64,000 nt of DNA from Ferruginibacter sp. (GTDB taxonomy: Bacteria > Bacteroidota > Bacteroidia > Chitinophagales > Chitinophagaceae), in contig OZ251999.1 of assembly GCA_965247085.1 (NCBI GenBank), positions 4,608,859 to 4,672,858 on the forward strand, written 5' to 3'. The translations under genes were made by a program, and so were the position numbers. This document shows positions 36,077 to 45,053 of this stretch, piece after piece. Below the pieces are notes generated by a model. That model ran no database searches. It saw nothing but the letters and a program-made list of their open reading frames with translations, and was not told the DNA's origin. Numbering within the stretch: position 1 is the first letter of the stretch; every line of letters begins with the position of its first letter.

Positions 36077-36631
36077 TCATCTTGCATACACACCATTTGG
36101 GCTCACCACACTTGCAGGCCCTCCGGTAATGCCTACTGGCGGTATAATAATATTGATGGCTTCCCCATTAATTTTCAACGATACTTTTCTTGCATGAATT
36201 TCTACCCCCTGCTGATAAAAGGGAGGCATAGCCGAAGGCTCACGGTTAATTAAGTAGGGATCAGTAAAATCGCTCATCTCTACTTCAAAAGTATACCCGG
36301 CCACCACGCATTTGCTTACCGCTTTATTGGCACTGATCTGAATATCGAAACTGGCATTTAAAACCGGTGCCTGTTCAAACGGAGTACCTGCAAAAATATT
36401 TGGCCCAAAATAGTTACCTACCGTTTCATCGGTACTTACAAAACCCATCACAGCAGGCATGGCTGCAGGATCGGGTTGCCATAATATCATACCGCTGGCA
36501 GCATTGCCCACCGGAGTATTTACCATACGGCCCAGGTGTACAATTACATTGGGCATTTGCAAATTGGGATCGGTTACTGCCACCAGGTCAATACCACCTT
36601 CCCAGCTCATCCATTTAGAAACGTTGGTCAT
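36077..36631 (-). CDS. Hypothetical protein (184 aa, no recognisable motif)
   Basis: A long ORF with coding-like composition, co-oriented with 35337..36020. I recognised no family. Confidence 0.45.
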   Translation of the reverse strand: MTNVSKWMSWEGGIDLVAVTDPNLQMPNVIVHLGRMVNTPVGNAASGMILWQPDPAAMPAVMGFVSTDETVGNYFGPNIFAGTPFEQAPVLNASFDIQISANKAVSKCVVAGYTFEVEMSDFTDPYLINREPSAMPPFYQQGVEIHARKVSLKINGEAINIIIPPVGITGGPASVVSPNGVYAR

Positions 36632-36692
36632 AAAATAAAGTTTAGAGTTTTTTTATATCAGCTAAAAATATATTTTATCTAACTAAAGACTT

Positions 36693-36710
36693 ATACCCTC
36701 TGCAGGGTAT
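36693..36710. promoter_or_regulatory. 18-nt palindrome ATACCCTCTGCAGGGTAT (7-2-7 heptamer pair TACCCTC/TACCCTG)
   Basis: A perfect ATACCCT/AGGGTAT inverted repeat lies in the divergent intergenic region upstream of the Y_Y_Y kinase gene. Confidence 0.4.
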
Positions 36711-36785
36711 TTATTAATAATACACCCCTGCGATATTTTGAAAACCCTATTAATGCCACTGCAAAAATTATAAACATTATCTTTA

Positions 36786-39773
36786 ATGACCTCAATCATA
36801 AAAACTATAAATAAAAATATCAGCGGCTGTATGAAAATTGTATTAAATGCTATTTTTTTGTTTATTGGCCTGCTGGCTTTTACTGCAGGCTTTTGCCAGG
36901 CCGGCGATTCTGTATCTGTAATTACTACCAAACAGGGCCTGAGTATAAATTCTGTTAATGATATTATGTTTGACAGGGAAGGATTTTTATGGGCAGCCAC
37001 ATCGGATGGATTGCAACGATATGATGGGTACAGCTTTAAAACATTTAAAAAAAAATTATCGGATCCGGCCAGCCTTGGTGAAAACACCTGCCGGCATTTG
37101 TTTGAAGATGCCAATAGAAACATATGGGTAGGGCATAATGCAGTTGTTTCAGTAAAAAGAAAAAGCGATGGCCGGTTTACCACTATAAAAATAAATAACT
37201 TTTATACTGCCTTAAAACCTTTTGCAGAAGACAGTGCCTGTGTATGGATCGCAGGGGAAGATCATTTTTTTATTGTAAATAAAAACACATTCAAAGTTGA
37301 ACATGATTTTACATTCTCTAATAATGTTTTTCCCGATTCACTTACAGCCTTTATAGCCCGGTCGCCGGTTAAAAACTGCGGCATTTTTAATTACTTTTTA
37401 AAAGCAAATGCAATTGCTTTTAAAAAGTATCATCTTACAGATGACGTCACAAACGGGGCAGAGAAAAATATATATACACTGTTTAATTTTTTTTCTGGCA
37501 GTGCAAATCCTACAGTTAGCCAGGATGGAAAAATATATACAGTTACTGCTTCTGCAAGACTTTCATTATTTGAATATGTTTTACTCATTAACAATAAAGG
37601 ATTTTGTATCTATAATACCAAAACAGCCCGTCTGCAAAAACACCCGCTGTCTGATTTAATTGAAAAAAATATTGATTACAGACTGGTAACCGGTATGGTG
37701 CTGGATGCCGGAAAAAATATTTGGTTTTCGCAATCGGGTAAGGGAGGAATTGTTTGCATAAAAAATGTGAAACATCCGTTCAGAACATTTATTAAAAGTA
37801 ATAAAGATGTACTGATATACGGGCTGCAAAATGACCGGGATAATAATATATATGTTTCAGCCTACAGAAAATTTATCAACGCATATAATGAAAAGGGGCA
37901 ATTTTTTAAAACCTTCAACTCACCTGTTTTAGAAACGACCCCGGGCAGTAATGTACCCAATACGATACGGGCCTTAAAAATGATTAACAGTAAAGAATTT
38001 CTGCTACTAAGTACAAGTGGCCAGGCCTTACTGTTAAATAGTAAAACATCATCGGTTAAAGATATTACCGGCAATATTCCTGTATCTAAAAAGGTAGTGA
38101 ATGATTTTTTTGATCTTCAGATATTTCAGCTGGATAGTAATACTTTTATCTTTAACCATTTTAATCAGCTGGTCAAACTAACTGTAAAAAATACCACATT
38201 CAATTTAGAAACAGTTTGCAAAATAGCAGCAGAACAAAACATTACATCTTTTTATCCCCTGAACAATAATCGCTGGTTATTGGGTACCACCAATGGCTTA
38301 TTTACAAGTACACCCGAAAATTGTATTCTTTTAAAATCAACATCGGGGATACATGTAAAATATATTGCTAAAGACCAACCCGGCAGATTTTGGGTGGCAA
38401 CAGAGGCGGGCATTTTTATTATAAAAGATGGTACACTTATTAAAACATTAACTGAGCAAAATGAACTTTCCAGCAGCTTTATTTATGGAATTTTATTTGA
38501 TAAAAAAAACCGGGCCTGGTGCAGCAGTAATAAAGGATTGATGCGGATAGACAGCTCATTTAATGTTAAAGCATTTACCCAATCAAACGGCTTACTGAAT
38601 GACGAGTTTAACACGAATGGTTTTTTAGCGCACCCCAACGGCAATTTTTATTTTGCCGGTTTAGAAGGGATTGACTACTTTAACCCTGATGAATTTGAAG
38701 AAGATAGCAGCATTTCTGCAATTCACCTGGCAGATGTAAAAGTAAATTATGCCAACTATGCCTTTACCAAAAATGCTGATGGATCCATTTCACTTTCTAC
38801 AACTTTTGACAAGAATAATCTTTCCTTTTCCTTTTCGGTAATGGATTTTTATAATCCTTCAGTTAATCAGTTCAGCTATTATTTAAAAGGGTACCAATCC
38901 GAATGGTCGCTGCCCACAAATAATAATGAGGTGAATTACATTTTACCTCCCGGGGAATACACCTTATTGGTAAAAGGTGCCAATCATAACGGCGTTTGGA
39001 TTTCCACTCCCCTGGTAATTAAAATTTCTATCGTACCGGCATGGTATCAAACGGCTGGGTTTAAGTGGGGGCTGGGTTTTGCCGGCATATTACTAATTGG
39101 AACTGCTTTGTATTATGTAAGCAAAATAAAATACCGGAGAAAATTAGCCGTACTTAAAATGCAGCAACAGGTACAGGAAGAAAAAGAACGGATAAGCCGC
39201 GATTTGCACGATAACCTGGGCTCTCAAATGGCGCTACTTTCTAATAATGTAGAAAACCTGGAAATTAATTTTAAAAAACATCAGCATATAGATGATAGCC
39301 TAGAAAAAGTAAAAGGTACATCAAAGCAATTGCTGCAAACCTTACGCGAGGCTATCTGGATTCTGAACAAAGAACAGGTAACTGCACAGGATTTTTTTGA
39401 CAAACTGATTGATTATGCACAGCGTTACCTGCAATCCTGTCCGGGTGTACAGTTGCGGGTAACAGAGGATTTTTCATTTCAAAAAATACTTAATTCCAAT
39501 GAGGCCTTACAGCTATTTCGTATTTGCCAGGAGGCAATAGCAAATGCCTGTAAGTATGCTGAAAGCACCGTATTGCAGCTGGAAGGAAAAACGGAGCAAA
39601 ATAATTTTGAAATTATTATTCAGGACTTTGGGAAAGGCTTTGATATGGATAACATACATGGCGAAGGGCATTATGGATTAAAGAATATACAGCAAAGGGC
39701 AAAGTCTGTTAACGCAAGGTTACTGGTACATACAGCAGCAGGAAAGGGTACCAGGGTGGCAATAAAAATATAG
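36786..39773 (+). CDS. Sensor histidine kinase with periplasmic two-component-regulator propeller / Y_Y_Y region and HisKA_3 core
   Basis: Repeated ...D..G.LW..T..GL..YDG motifs (DREGFLWAATSDGLQRYDGYSF). A late TM is FKWGLGFAGILLIGTALYYV. The H-box is ERISRDLHDNLGSQ and the HATPase motifs are IANACKYA and QDFGKGF. The true start may be MKIVLNAIF at 36831. Confidence 0.85.
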   Translation: MTSIIKTINKNISGCMKIVLNAIFLFIGLLAFTAGFCQAGDSVSVITTKQGLSINSVNDIMFDREGFLWAATSDGLQRYDGYSFKTFKKKLSDPASLGENTCRHLFEDANRNIWVGHNAVVSVKRKSDGRFTTIKINNFYTALKPFAEDSACVWIAGEDHFFIVNKNTFKVEHDFTFSNNVFPDSLTAFIARSPVKNCGIFNYFLKANAIAFKKYHLTDDVTNGAEKNIYTLFNFFSGSANPTVSQDGKIYTVTASARLSLFEYVLLINNKGFCIYNTKTARLQKHPLSDLIEKNIDYRLVTGMVLDAGKNIWFSQSGKGGIVCIKNVKHPFRTFIKSNKDVLIYGLQNDRDNNIYVSAYRKFINAYNEKGQFFKTFNSPVLETTPGSNVPNTIRALKMINSKEFLLLSTSGQALLLNSKTSSVKDITGNIPVSKKVVNDFFDLQIFQLDSNTFIFNHFNQLVKLTVKNTTFNLETVCKIAAEQNITSFYPLNNNRWLLGTTNGLFTSTPENCILLKSTSGIHVKYIAKDQPGRFWVATEAGIFIIKDGTLIKTLTEQNELSSSFIYGILFDKKNRAWCSSNKGLMRIDSSFNVKAFTQSNGLLNDEFNTNGFLAHPNGNFYFAGLEGIDYFNPDEFEEDSSISAIHLADVKVNYANYAFTKNADGSISLSTTFDKNNLSFSFSVMDFYNPSVNQFSYYLKGYQSEWSLPTNNNEVNYILPPGEYTLLVKGANHNGVWISTPLVIKISIVPAWYQTAGFKWGLGFAGILLIGTALYYVSKIKYRRKLAVLKMQQQVQEEKERISRDLHDNLGSQMALLSNNVENLEINFKKHQHIDDSLEKVKGTSKQLLQTLREAIWILNKEQVTAQDFFDKLIDYAQRYLQSCPGVQLRVTEDFSFQKILNSNEALQLFRICQEAIANACKYAESTVLQLEGKTEQNNFEIIIQDFGKGFDMDNIHGEGHYGLKNIQQRAKSVNARLLVHTAAGKGTRVAIKI

Positions 39774-39789
39774 TGGTTTAAACAGGGAA

Positions 39790-39807
39790 ATACCATACAG
39801 AGGGTAT
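39790..39807. promoter_or_regulatory. 18-nt palindrome-like site ATACCATACAGAGGGTAT
   Basis: Same length and ATACC...GGTAT ends as 36693..36710, located 35 nt upstream of the response-regulator ATG. Confidence 0.4.
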
Positions 39808-39841
39808 AGATAAGTATAAATTATTTTTTAACTTTTGTACC

Positions 39842-40507
39842 ATGCATATTGCAATTGTAGATGATAAACCATATTTGCGGCAGTCGCTTAAAGAAAAACT
39901 GGCATCCATTGAAAATGATGTTACTGTTATTATGGAAGCAGGAGACGGTGCTGATTTTCTAAAAAAAATGAAAGCCACCCAGCAAAAGCCGGATGTGGTA
40001 CTGATGGATATTGAAATGAATGAACTGAATGGTATTGAAACTGTACAACGTGCCGCACCACTTTTTCCAGCCGTAAAGTTTATTATGCTTACTGTGTTTG
40101 ATGATGATGAAAGAATTTTTAACGCTATTAAAGCAGGCGCACACGGCTATTTATTAAAAGAAGCCACTGCGCAAAATATTATTGATGCCATTTACCAGGT
40201 ATACCAGGATGAGGGGGCACCTATGAGCCCGGGGATTGCCCGTAAAGCATGGAAATGGTTAACGTCATTTACAACTCCGCCAGCTACAGATAAAGCGGTT
40301 CCAAAAAATGATTTTGAACCCCTCAGCGAAAGAGAGAAGGAAATATTAAAATGCAATATGGAAGGCAAAGAGTATACTCAAATTGCCGACGAGCTTTTTT
40401 TAAGCAAACACACTGTGCGCCAGCACATGAAAAATATTTACCGCAAACTGCATGTAAACAGCAAGGTGGAAGCACTGCAAATCAGCCTGAAAAATAAGTG
40501 GATCTGA
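39842..40507 (+). CDS. NarL/FixJ-family response regulator
   Basis: REC domain (VLMDIEMNELNG) plus a LuxR HTH (LSEREKEILKCNMEGKEYTQIADELFLSKHTVRQHMKNIYRKL). Confidence 0.9.
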   Translation: MHIAIVDDKPYLRQSLKEKLASIENDVTVIMEAGDGADFLKKMKATQQKPDVVLMDIEMNELNGIETVQRAAPLFPAVKFIMLTVFDDDERIFNAIKAGAHGYLLKEATAQNIIDAIYQVYQDEGAPMSPGIARKAWKWLTSFTTPPATDKAVPKNDFEPLSEREKEILKCNMEGKEYTQIADELFLSKHTVRQHMKNIYRKLHVNSKVEALQISLKNKWI

Positions 40508-40557
40508 AATTTTTGATGGAGTATACACAGGCCCTGTTGAAGGCCTTTTTTAATAAT

Positions 40558-40575
40558 ATGCCTCACAGGGGGTAT
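40558..40575. promoter_or_regulatory. Degenerate copy of the 18-nt site, ATGCCTCACAGGGGGTAT
   Basis: Same length and right half-site, located 50 nt upstream of 40625. Confidence 0.3.
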
Positions 40576-40624
40576 TGCCACTCAGGTTGAGTAACAAGAT
40601 ATTTACTGAATAAAATCAGTACAT

Positions 40625-40984
40625 ATGACTAATCATACTGTTATTGCAGTTAATCCGCTACATCAAACACCTGAATCTGCAGCCGATTATTCTTCCCTGC
40701 TGCTTTTGCCTTTTGCTGCAATTGCAGCGCATCATTTTACAAAAAAACAACTTCGAAAGGCAAAAAATAAAATAATGTGGCAGTTAATGAAACTGAAGCT
40801 GAAAGCAATGTTTTCTTTTAAAGGAAAAAAAGAGATGTCGCTGCAATTTAAAGTTTTTTTGATTGCCATTTTGATTGGTGCAGCCTTTGGAATACTATTG
40901 AGTTTTACTGCGGGATTATTTGCTTTTGTACTTGCCCTGTTAACCGCTGTAGTTATTCTTTTTATAAAAGCCGACCGGGTTTAA
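40625..40984 (+). CDS. Small membrane protein, paralog 1
   Basis: 119 aa. It shares SSLLLL..AA(I/V)AAH..(T/S)KKQLRKAKNK(I/M).WQL.K...K..FSF and two C-terminal TM segments with 41209..41562. Confidence 0.55.
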   Translation: MTNHTVIAVNPLHQTPESAADYSSLLLLPFAAIAAHHFTKKQLRKAKNKIMWQLMKLKLKAMFSFKGKKEMSLQFKVFLIAILIGAAFGILLSFTAGLFAFVLALLTAVVILFIKADRV

Positions 40985-41144
40985 ATTGATTTCCATTGAT
41001 ATTTAAATTGTTTGCAGAAGTATAGTGTCTTTCATTTAATTTATTGAACAGCTGGTTTGAAATACAATATCCTTTCAATCGCTTGTTTGTGATGTGAAAT
41101 ACTTCATGCAGTTTCGGCTTGCCGTGCTTTTATTAACAACAAAA

Positions 41145-41162
41145 ATACCTTACAGAGGGTAT
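41145..41162. promoter_or_regulatory. 18-nt palindrome-like site ATACCTTACAGAGGGTAT
   Basis: Located 47 nt upstream of 41209. Its right half is identical to the site at 39790. Confidence 0.4.
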
Positions 41163-41208
41163 GGTATGGCATAACAATAAAATGGATTTTTATACCTAAA
41201 CATATACA

Positions 41209-41562
41209 ATGGCAACGCATACCAGTTTTGTAATTACCCCGGTTGATTCAGCAGCATCTAAACAAACGCCTGCTGCATATTCATCATTATTACTTTTGTC
41301 ATTAGCCGCAGTAGCAGCGCATGGGTACAGTAAAAAACAACTGCGTAAGGCGAAAAATAAAATGGCGTGGCAGCTCTTTAAAATGCAGTTTAAAAATCTA
41401 TTTTCTTTCAGCAATAAAAAATCAAATCGGGCAAAAGCAATACTGATTGTATTGGGCCTTGCTTTTTTAGCTGCTGTTGGCATTTTTCTTAGCTGGTCCA
41501 TAGCCATCACCTTACTGGTAATCTCCGGGCTGATTGCCATAATATATTCTGCTAAAGATTAA
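41209..41562 (+). CDS. Small membrane protein, paralog 2
   Basis: 117 aa and colinear with 40625..40984. The antisense 114-aa ORF (41196..41540) has no paralog support. Confidence 0.55.
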   Translation: MATHTSFVITPVDSAASKQTPAAYSSLLLLSLAAVAAHGYSKKQLRKAKNKMAWQLFKMQFKNLFSFSNKKSNRAKAILIVLGLAFLAAVGIFLSWSIAITLLVISGLIAIIYSAKD

Positions 41563-41568
41563 TGGCCA

Positions 41569-43626
41569 TTGAGATATTTAAAAACTGATATGAAAAGAAT
41601 AATATTCATTACAGCGTACCTTTTCATTTGCTTTACATCAGGGGCACAAGATGTTACAAAAGATAAGATTGTTGCCAGTGTATATGCTATTTTAATGGAT
41701 GCCCCCAACAATTTTACAAATTTCAGGGGGATAAATTTAAATACTGATACTGATGGAAACATTACCTGCAAAATAAAAAAACCAGTTTTTGCAAATGGTA
41801 ATTTGTTTTCTCAAACAATTAAGTATTGGAAAAAAACCAATAATAGCTGGCTTACACTTGAATCAGACGATGAAGCAGGGGAAAATAATTTCAGGACAGT
41901 AGAATTAGCTTTGGATTTGTTAGCTGATAAAAATATTTTCATAAAAAGAGAAAGTACATTAGGGGCAACAACTGTTATAAAGTATGTTGACAGCAGCTAT
42001 AATGAAATAGCTTCTTTGTGGTATAAGTCATCTTTGCGCTATATGATTTATTTTAAGTCGGGTACCAGCATTCAGTATCAATTGCAAAAGTATTTGGCCT
42101 CCAAAAAAAATAGTACACAAAGCAGAGAGCCAGTTGCAAAAAAAAATTATACAGAAGCCAGAGAGCCCTCGGTAAAGGCAAATGAAAATATGACTGCAAT
42201 TGTTTTGCTAAACGATTATTTTCTTTTTTATCAAAACCTAACCAACACAAGCGATTTGGGCTTTGATTGGATTTTTGACACAAGGGATCCGGCAGCTTTA
42301 GAAATTAAACTAACTTATATAAATATACTCTCTTCTATCAGGAATCAGTTACCCTATAGTATAACAGACGATTTATATGATGCAACAACTATTATCAGTA
42401 TTGATGGAATTCCAACAGCAAAAATGACCAGGCAGCAAGCCGTTGATTTGCTGAAGGGAACACCCGGTACCAACTGCACAATAGGTTTAAAATTTAAAAC
42501 GGCTGCAAAAGATGAATTGCACACCATTGTGCTAAAAAGAGAATCTGGTTCCGGTATATTGGCAGAACAGGAACATTATGCAAAAGGAATTGAAAATTTT
42601 AAAAAGGGGCAATTTGAAAAAGCAATAAGTGATTTTAAATTAATTCAATATTACCCCGAAGCACAAATAATGCTTTGGAAAATATACAGTGGCAGAATTC
42701 TGGATGAAATATCATTTGCAAATAATGGTATTCTACTTAAAGGCCAATTAAAAAGATATTTTAATCAGGATAGTTTAAGTAAATACAGTTTTCCAACAAG
42801 CTCTAATCCCCAGCTATTGGAACTCAAAGCGCTGTATTGTAATGAGTACAAATTTAATACAGCAGGTATTACCAGTGCTAAAAACAGCTTAAACAAACTG
42901 GCTGCCGATAAAGGTGATGTTTTTAGTCAGGAATATATGGTGCGCTTACATACTTCGCATTATGACACTGATGCAAGTTTTATATCCAAAAATATATTGC
43001 CCGATAAAGAACAAGCCTGGTACTGGTATAAAAGAGCTGTTGCCGGCGGATCAAAAACTGGGCCGCAGATGTTGAGCAATATAAATAAGATGAAAACTGA
43101 AAAGGACGTGTATGGGGTAAATTTTAATGGCTATGTGTTTGATTTTAAAGATGCCAAAGCAGTAAGCACCGTGGCACATATGCAAAATGGCCTTACAAAA
43201 ATACTGCCACCCGGTATTTGCCCTTTTGGTGTAAAGGGTTTTGAAAGTGGAATACTGTTACATACATCAAGGGGAATAGGCTTTAAATGGACTACTCATG
43301 TTATGCAGGACTATGCATTTGCAAACAAACATTACGAATATGCTTTGCAGTCGTTTATGGATAATTTCCCCAGGTATGATTTTAAAGATATCCAATGGAT
43401 GAATGTTCAGGTAAATGATCGTTATCTGAAAGCTAAAGTTGCCCATTTTACTGCTACAGAAACTGATGGTAAAAATTATATCATGAGTATGTCAATTGTG
43501 CTGGAAAAAGTATCAACGGGTTATCAAATTGTACTGGAGTATAAGGATATAGATAAAATTACAAAGGCAGTCATTGTTCCGAAGGTTGAAATAGATGAGG
43601 ATGACTGGGATGATGATAATGATTGA
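41569..43626 (+). CDS. Secreted multidomain protein with PDZ-like and Sel1/TPR-like segments, long form
   Basis: The signal peptide follows the likely start MKRIIFITAYLF at 41590. The PDZ-like block is IISIDGIPTAKMTRQQAVDLLKGTPGTNCTIGL. The Sel1-like block is DKEQAWYWYKRAVAGGS. The tail is acidic (EIDEDDWDDDND). It is a paralog of 47486..49051. Confidence 0.65.
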   Translation: MRYLKTDMKRIIFITAYLFICFTSGAQDVTKDKIVASVYAILMDAPNNFTNFRGINLNTDTDGNITCKIKKPVFANGNLFSQTIKYWKKTNNSWLTLESDDEAGENNFRTVELALDLLADKNIFIKRESTLGATTVIKYVDSSYNEIASLWYKSSLRYMIYFKSGTSIQYQLQKYLASKKNSTQSREPVAKKNYTEAREPSVKANENMTAIVLLNDYFLFYQNLTNTSDLGFDWIFDTRDPAALEIKLTYINILSSIRNQLPYSITDDLYDATTIISIDGIPTAKMTRQQAVDLLKGTPGTNCTIGLKFKTAAKDELHTIVLKRESGSGILAEQEHYAKGIENFKKGQFEKAISDFKLIQYYPEAQIMLWKIYSGRILDEISFANNGILLKGQLKRYFNQDSLSKYSFPTSSNPQLLELKALYCNEYKFNTAGITSAKNSLNKLAADKGDVFSQEYMVRLHTSHYDTDASFISKNILPDKEQAWYWYKRAVAGGSKTGPQMLSNINKMKTEKDVYGVNFNGYVFDFKDAKAVSTVAHMQNGLTKILPPGICPFGVKGFESGILLHTSRGIGFKWTTHVMQDYAFANKHYEYALQSFMDNFPRYDFKDIQWMNVQVNDRYLKAKVAHFTATETDGKNYIMSMSIVLEKVSTGYQIVLEYKDIDKITKAVIVPKVEIDEDDWDDDND

Positions 43627-43748
43627 GCTGGAAAAAATAAGATGATAAAACATTTCCAATAAATAGCTTAAAAAAGCATAACACAACAGTTTATTTTCAT
43701 GATGATTTTTTTGAATTTCTAAATCATTCTAAAAAAAATTACTTAAAT

Positions 43749-44387
43749 ATGAAACGTACTTCTTTTATTCTGGCACTTCTGTTAACTGCAAATTTCGCTT
43801 TTGCTCAAAAAAGTAATACAGCTGTTAAAATCATCGCAGGAGTTACCCTGCCCAAATTTAGTGTCAGCAGCAACAATACTGATAATAGAAAAATATACAT
43901 GGGCTATACAGCGGGTATATCATTAAACACGTATAAAAAAAGCAATGACGGAGTTGGGCTCATTTTAGGTGTAAATTATCTGCAAGCCGGTGCAATAAAC
44001 CCAAAACCAGCACTTGTTGGTGCTACTGAATCTAAAGAAAGACTTAACTATATCTCAGGAGATGCGATGCTGGGCTTTAAAATTGAATCGGCAATAAAGA
44101 TTGAAATATTTGGTGGCGGCTACATGGCTAAATTATTAAATGGGGATTATAATACCAGTATGGCAACAGGATCCAACCAGAAAGGCAGCTTTAAAATTGG
44201 CACTAAATCCACCGATGATTTTATAGCACTTGATCTGGGTTTTAAATTCGGAATGTGTTTTAATATAAAGAAAGTAAGTGTGGGTATTGTACTGCAACAG
44301 GGGTTAATGGATATCGACACGAAGTCCGATACAAAAATGCATAACCAGATATATGCATTCACACTTGGATACAGCTTCGGTAAATAA
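43749..44387 (+). CDS. Small outer-membrane beta-barrel protein, paralog 1
   Basis: Signal peptide ending AFAQ. It has the shared block LNYLQAGAINPKPALVGATESKERLNYI, alternating hydrophobic strands and a C-terminal aromatic-rich YSFGK. Confidence 0.65.
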   Translation: MKRTSFILALLLTANFAFAQKSNTAVKIIAGVTLPKFSVSSNNTDNRKIYMGYTAGISLNTYKKSNDGVGLILGVNYLQAGAINPKPALVGATESKERLNYISGDAMLGFKIESAIKIEIFGGGYMAKLLNGDYNTSMATGSNQKGSFKIGTKSTDDFIALDLGFKFGMCFNIKKVSVGIVLQQGLMDIDTKSDTKMHNQIYAFTLGYSFGK

Positions 44388-44401
44388 ATAAAAAAAGTTA
44401 A

Positions 44402-45037
44402 ATGAAAAAAATAATCCTAATCCCTGTTACACTGCTTATTACTGTATTTGTAATGGCACAAGACAGAACTTTCGACATTTCTCTTAATGCTGGAATTTCA
44501 ATGCCAACATACAGTTACAAGTACAATGGAGTTTCTTCCAGCAGAAGTATTTACCAGGGCTATACAGGAGGTGTATTTGTTGCATGGAACAGGGATGTAT
44601 CTTTTATAAGTATTGCACTTGGACTTAATTATTTACAAGCTGGTGCCATTAATAAAACCCCGGCAATTGCGAATGCAGTGGAATCCAAAAACAGGATCAA
44701 TCACTTTCAGGTAGAGGCCTATATTTTTAAATTTCAACCGGTAAAAGTATTAGAAATAAGAGGGGGTTTCTATTTTAATACAGCAATGAGCGGGATGGCA
44801 ACAATAAAACGGACCGACGGTACTGTTACTAAAACAGATTTTAAATTTGGCATAACAGAAGAGAATGATTTTCATAAAGGAGATATGGGACTTGCCATAA
44901 AATCATTTATTAATATTTCAAAATTAAAATTGAGTGCTGCATACCAAATGGGAATTGACAATATTTCGCCAAAAGTGCCCGAAGAAATAAAAAGTAAAAT
45001 ATTTACAGTTGGTATTGGATACAGATTAGGGAAATAA
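44402..45037 (+). CDS. Small outer-membrane beta-barrel protein, paralog 2
   Basis: Signal peptide ending VMAQ, shared block LNYLQAGAINKTPAIANAVESKNRINHF, and C-terminal IGYRLGK. Confidence 0.65.
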   Translation: MKKIILIPVTLLITVFVMAQDRTFDISLNAGISMPTYSYKYNGVSSSRSIYQGYTGGVFVAWNRDVSFISIALGLNYLQAGAINKTPAIANAVESKNRINHFQVEAYIFKFQPVKVLEIRGGFYFNTAMSGMATIKRTDGTVTKTDFKFGITEENDFHKGDMGLAIKSFINISKLKLSAAYQMGIDNISPKVPEEIKSKIFTVGIGYRLGK

Positions 45038-45053
45038 GATTAAAAACGTTTAC

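Noticed and set aside
36683-37183. A 166-aa minus-strand ORF spanning the kinase promoter region and the 5' end of the kinase gene.
   Set aside because: It overlaps the well-supported Y_Y_Y kinase gene and the intergenic palindrome, and has no motif or signal. It is likely spurious.
41196-41540. A 114-aa minus-strand ORF that almost fully overlaps the small membrane protein gene 41209..41562.
   Set aside because: The plus-strand product has a clear paralog at 40625..40984, whose antisense strand has no comparable ORF. The minus-strand translation has no supporting features.
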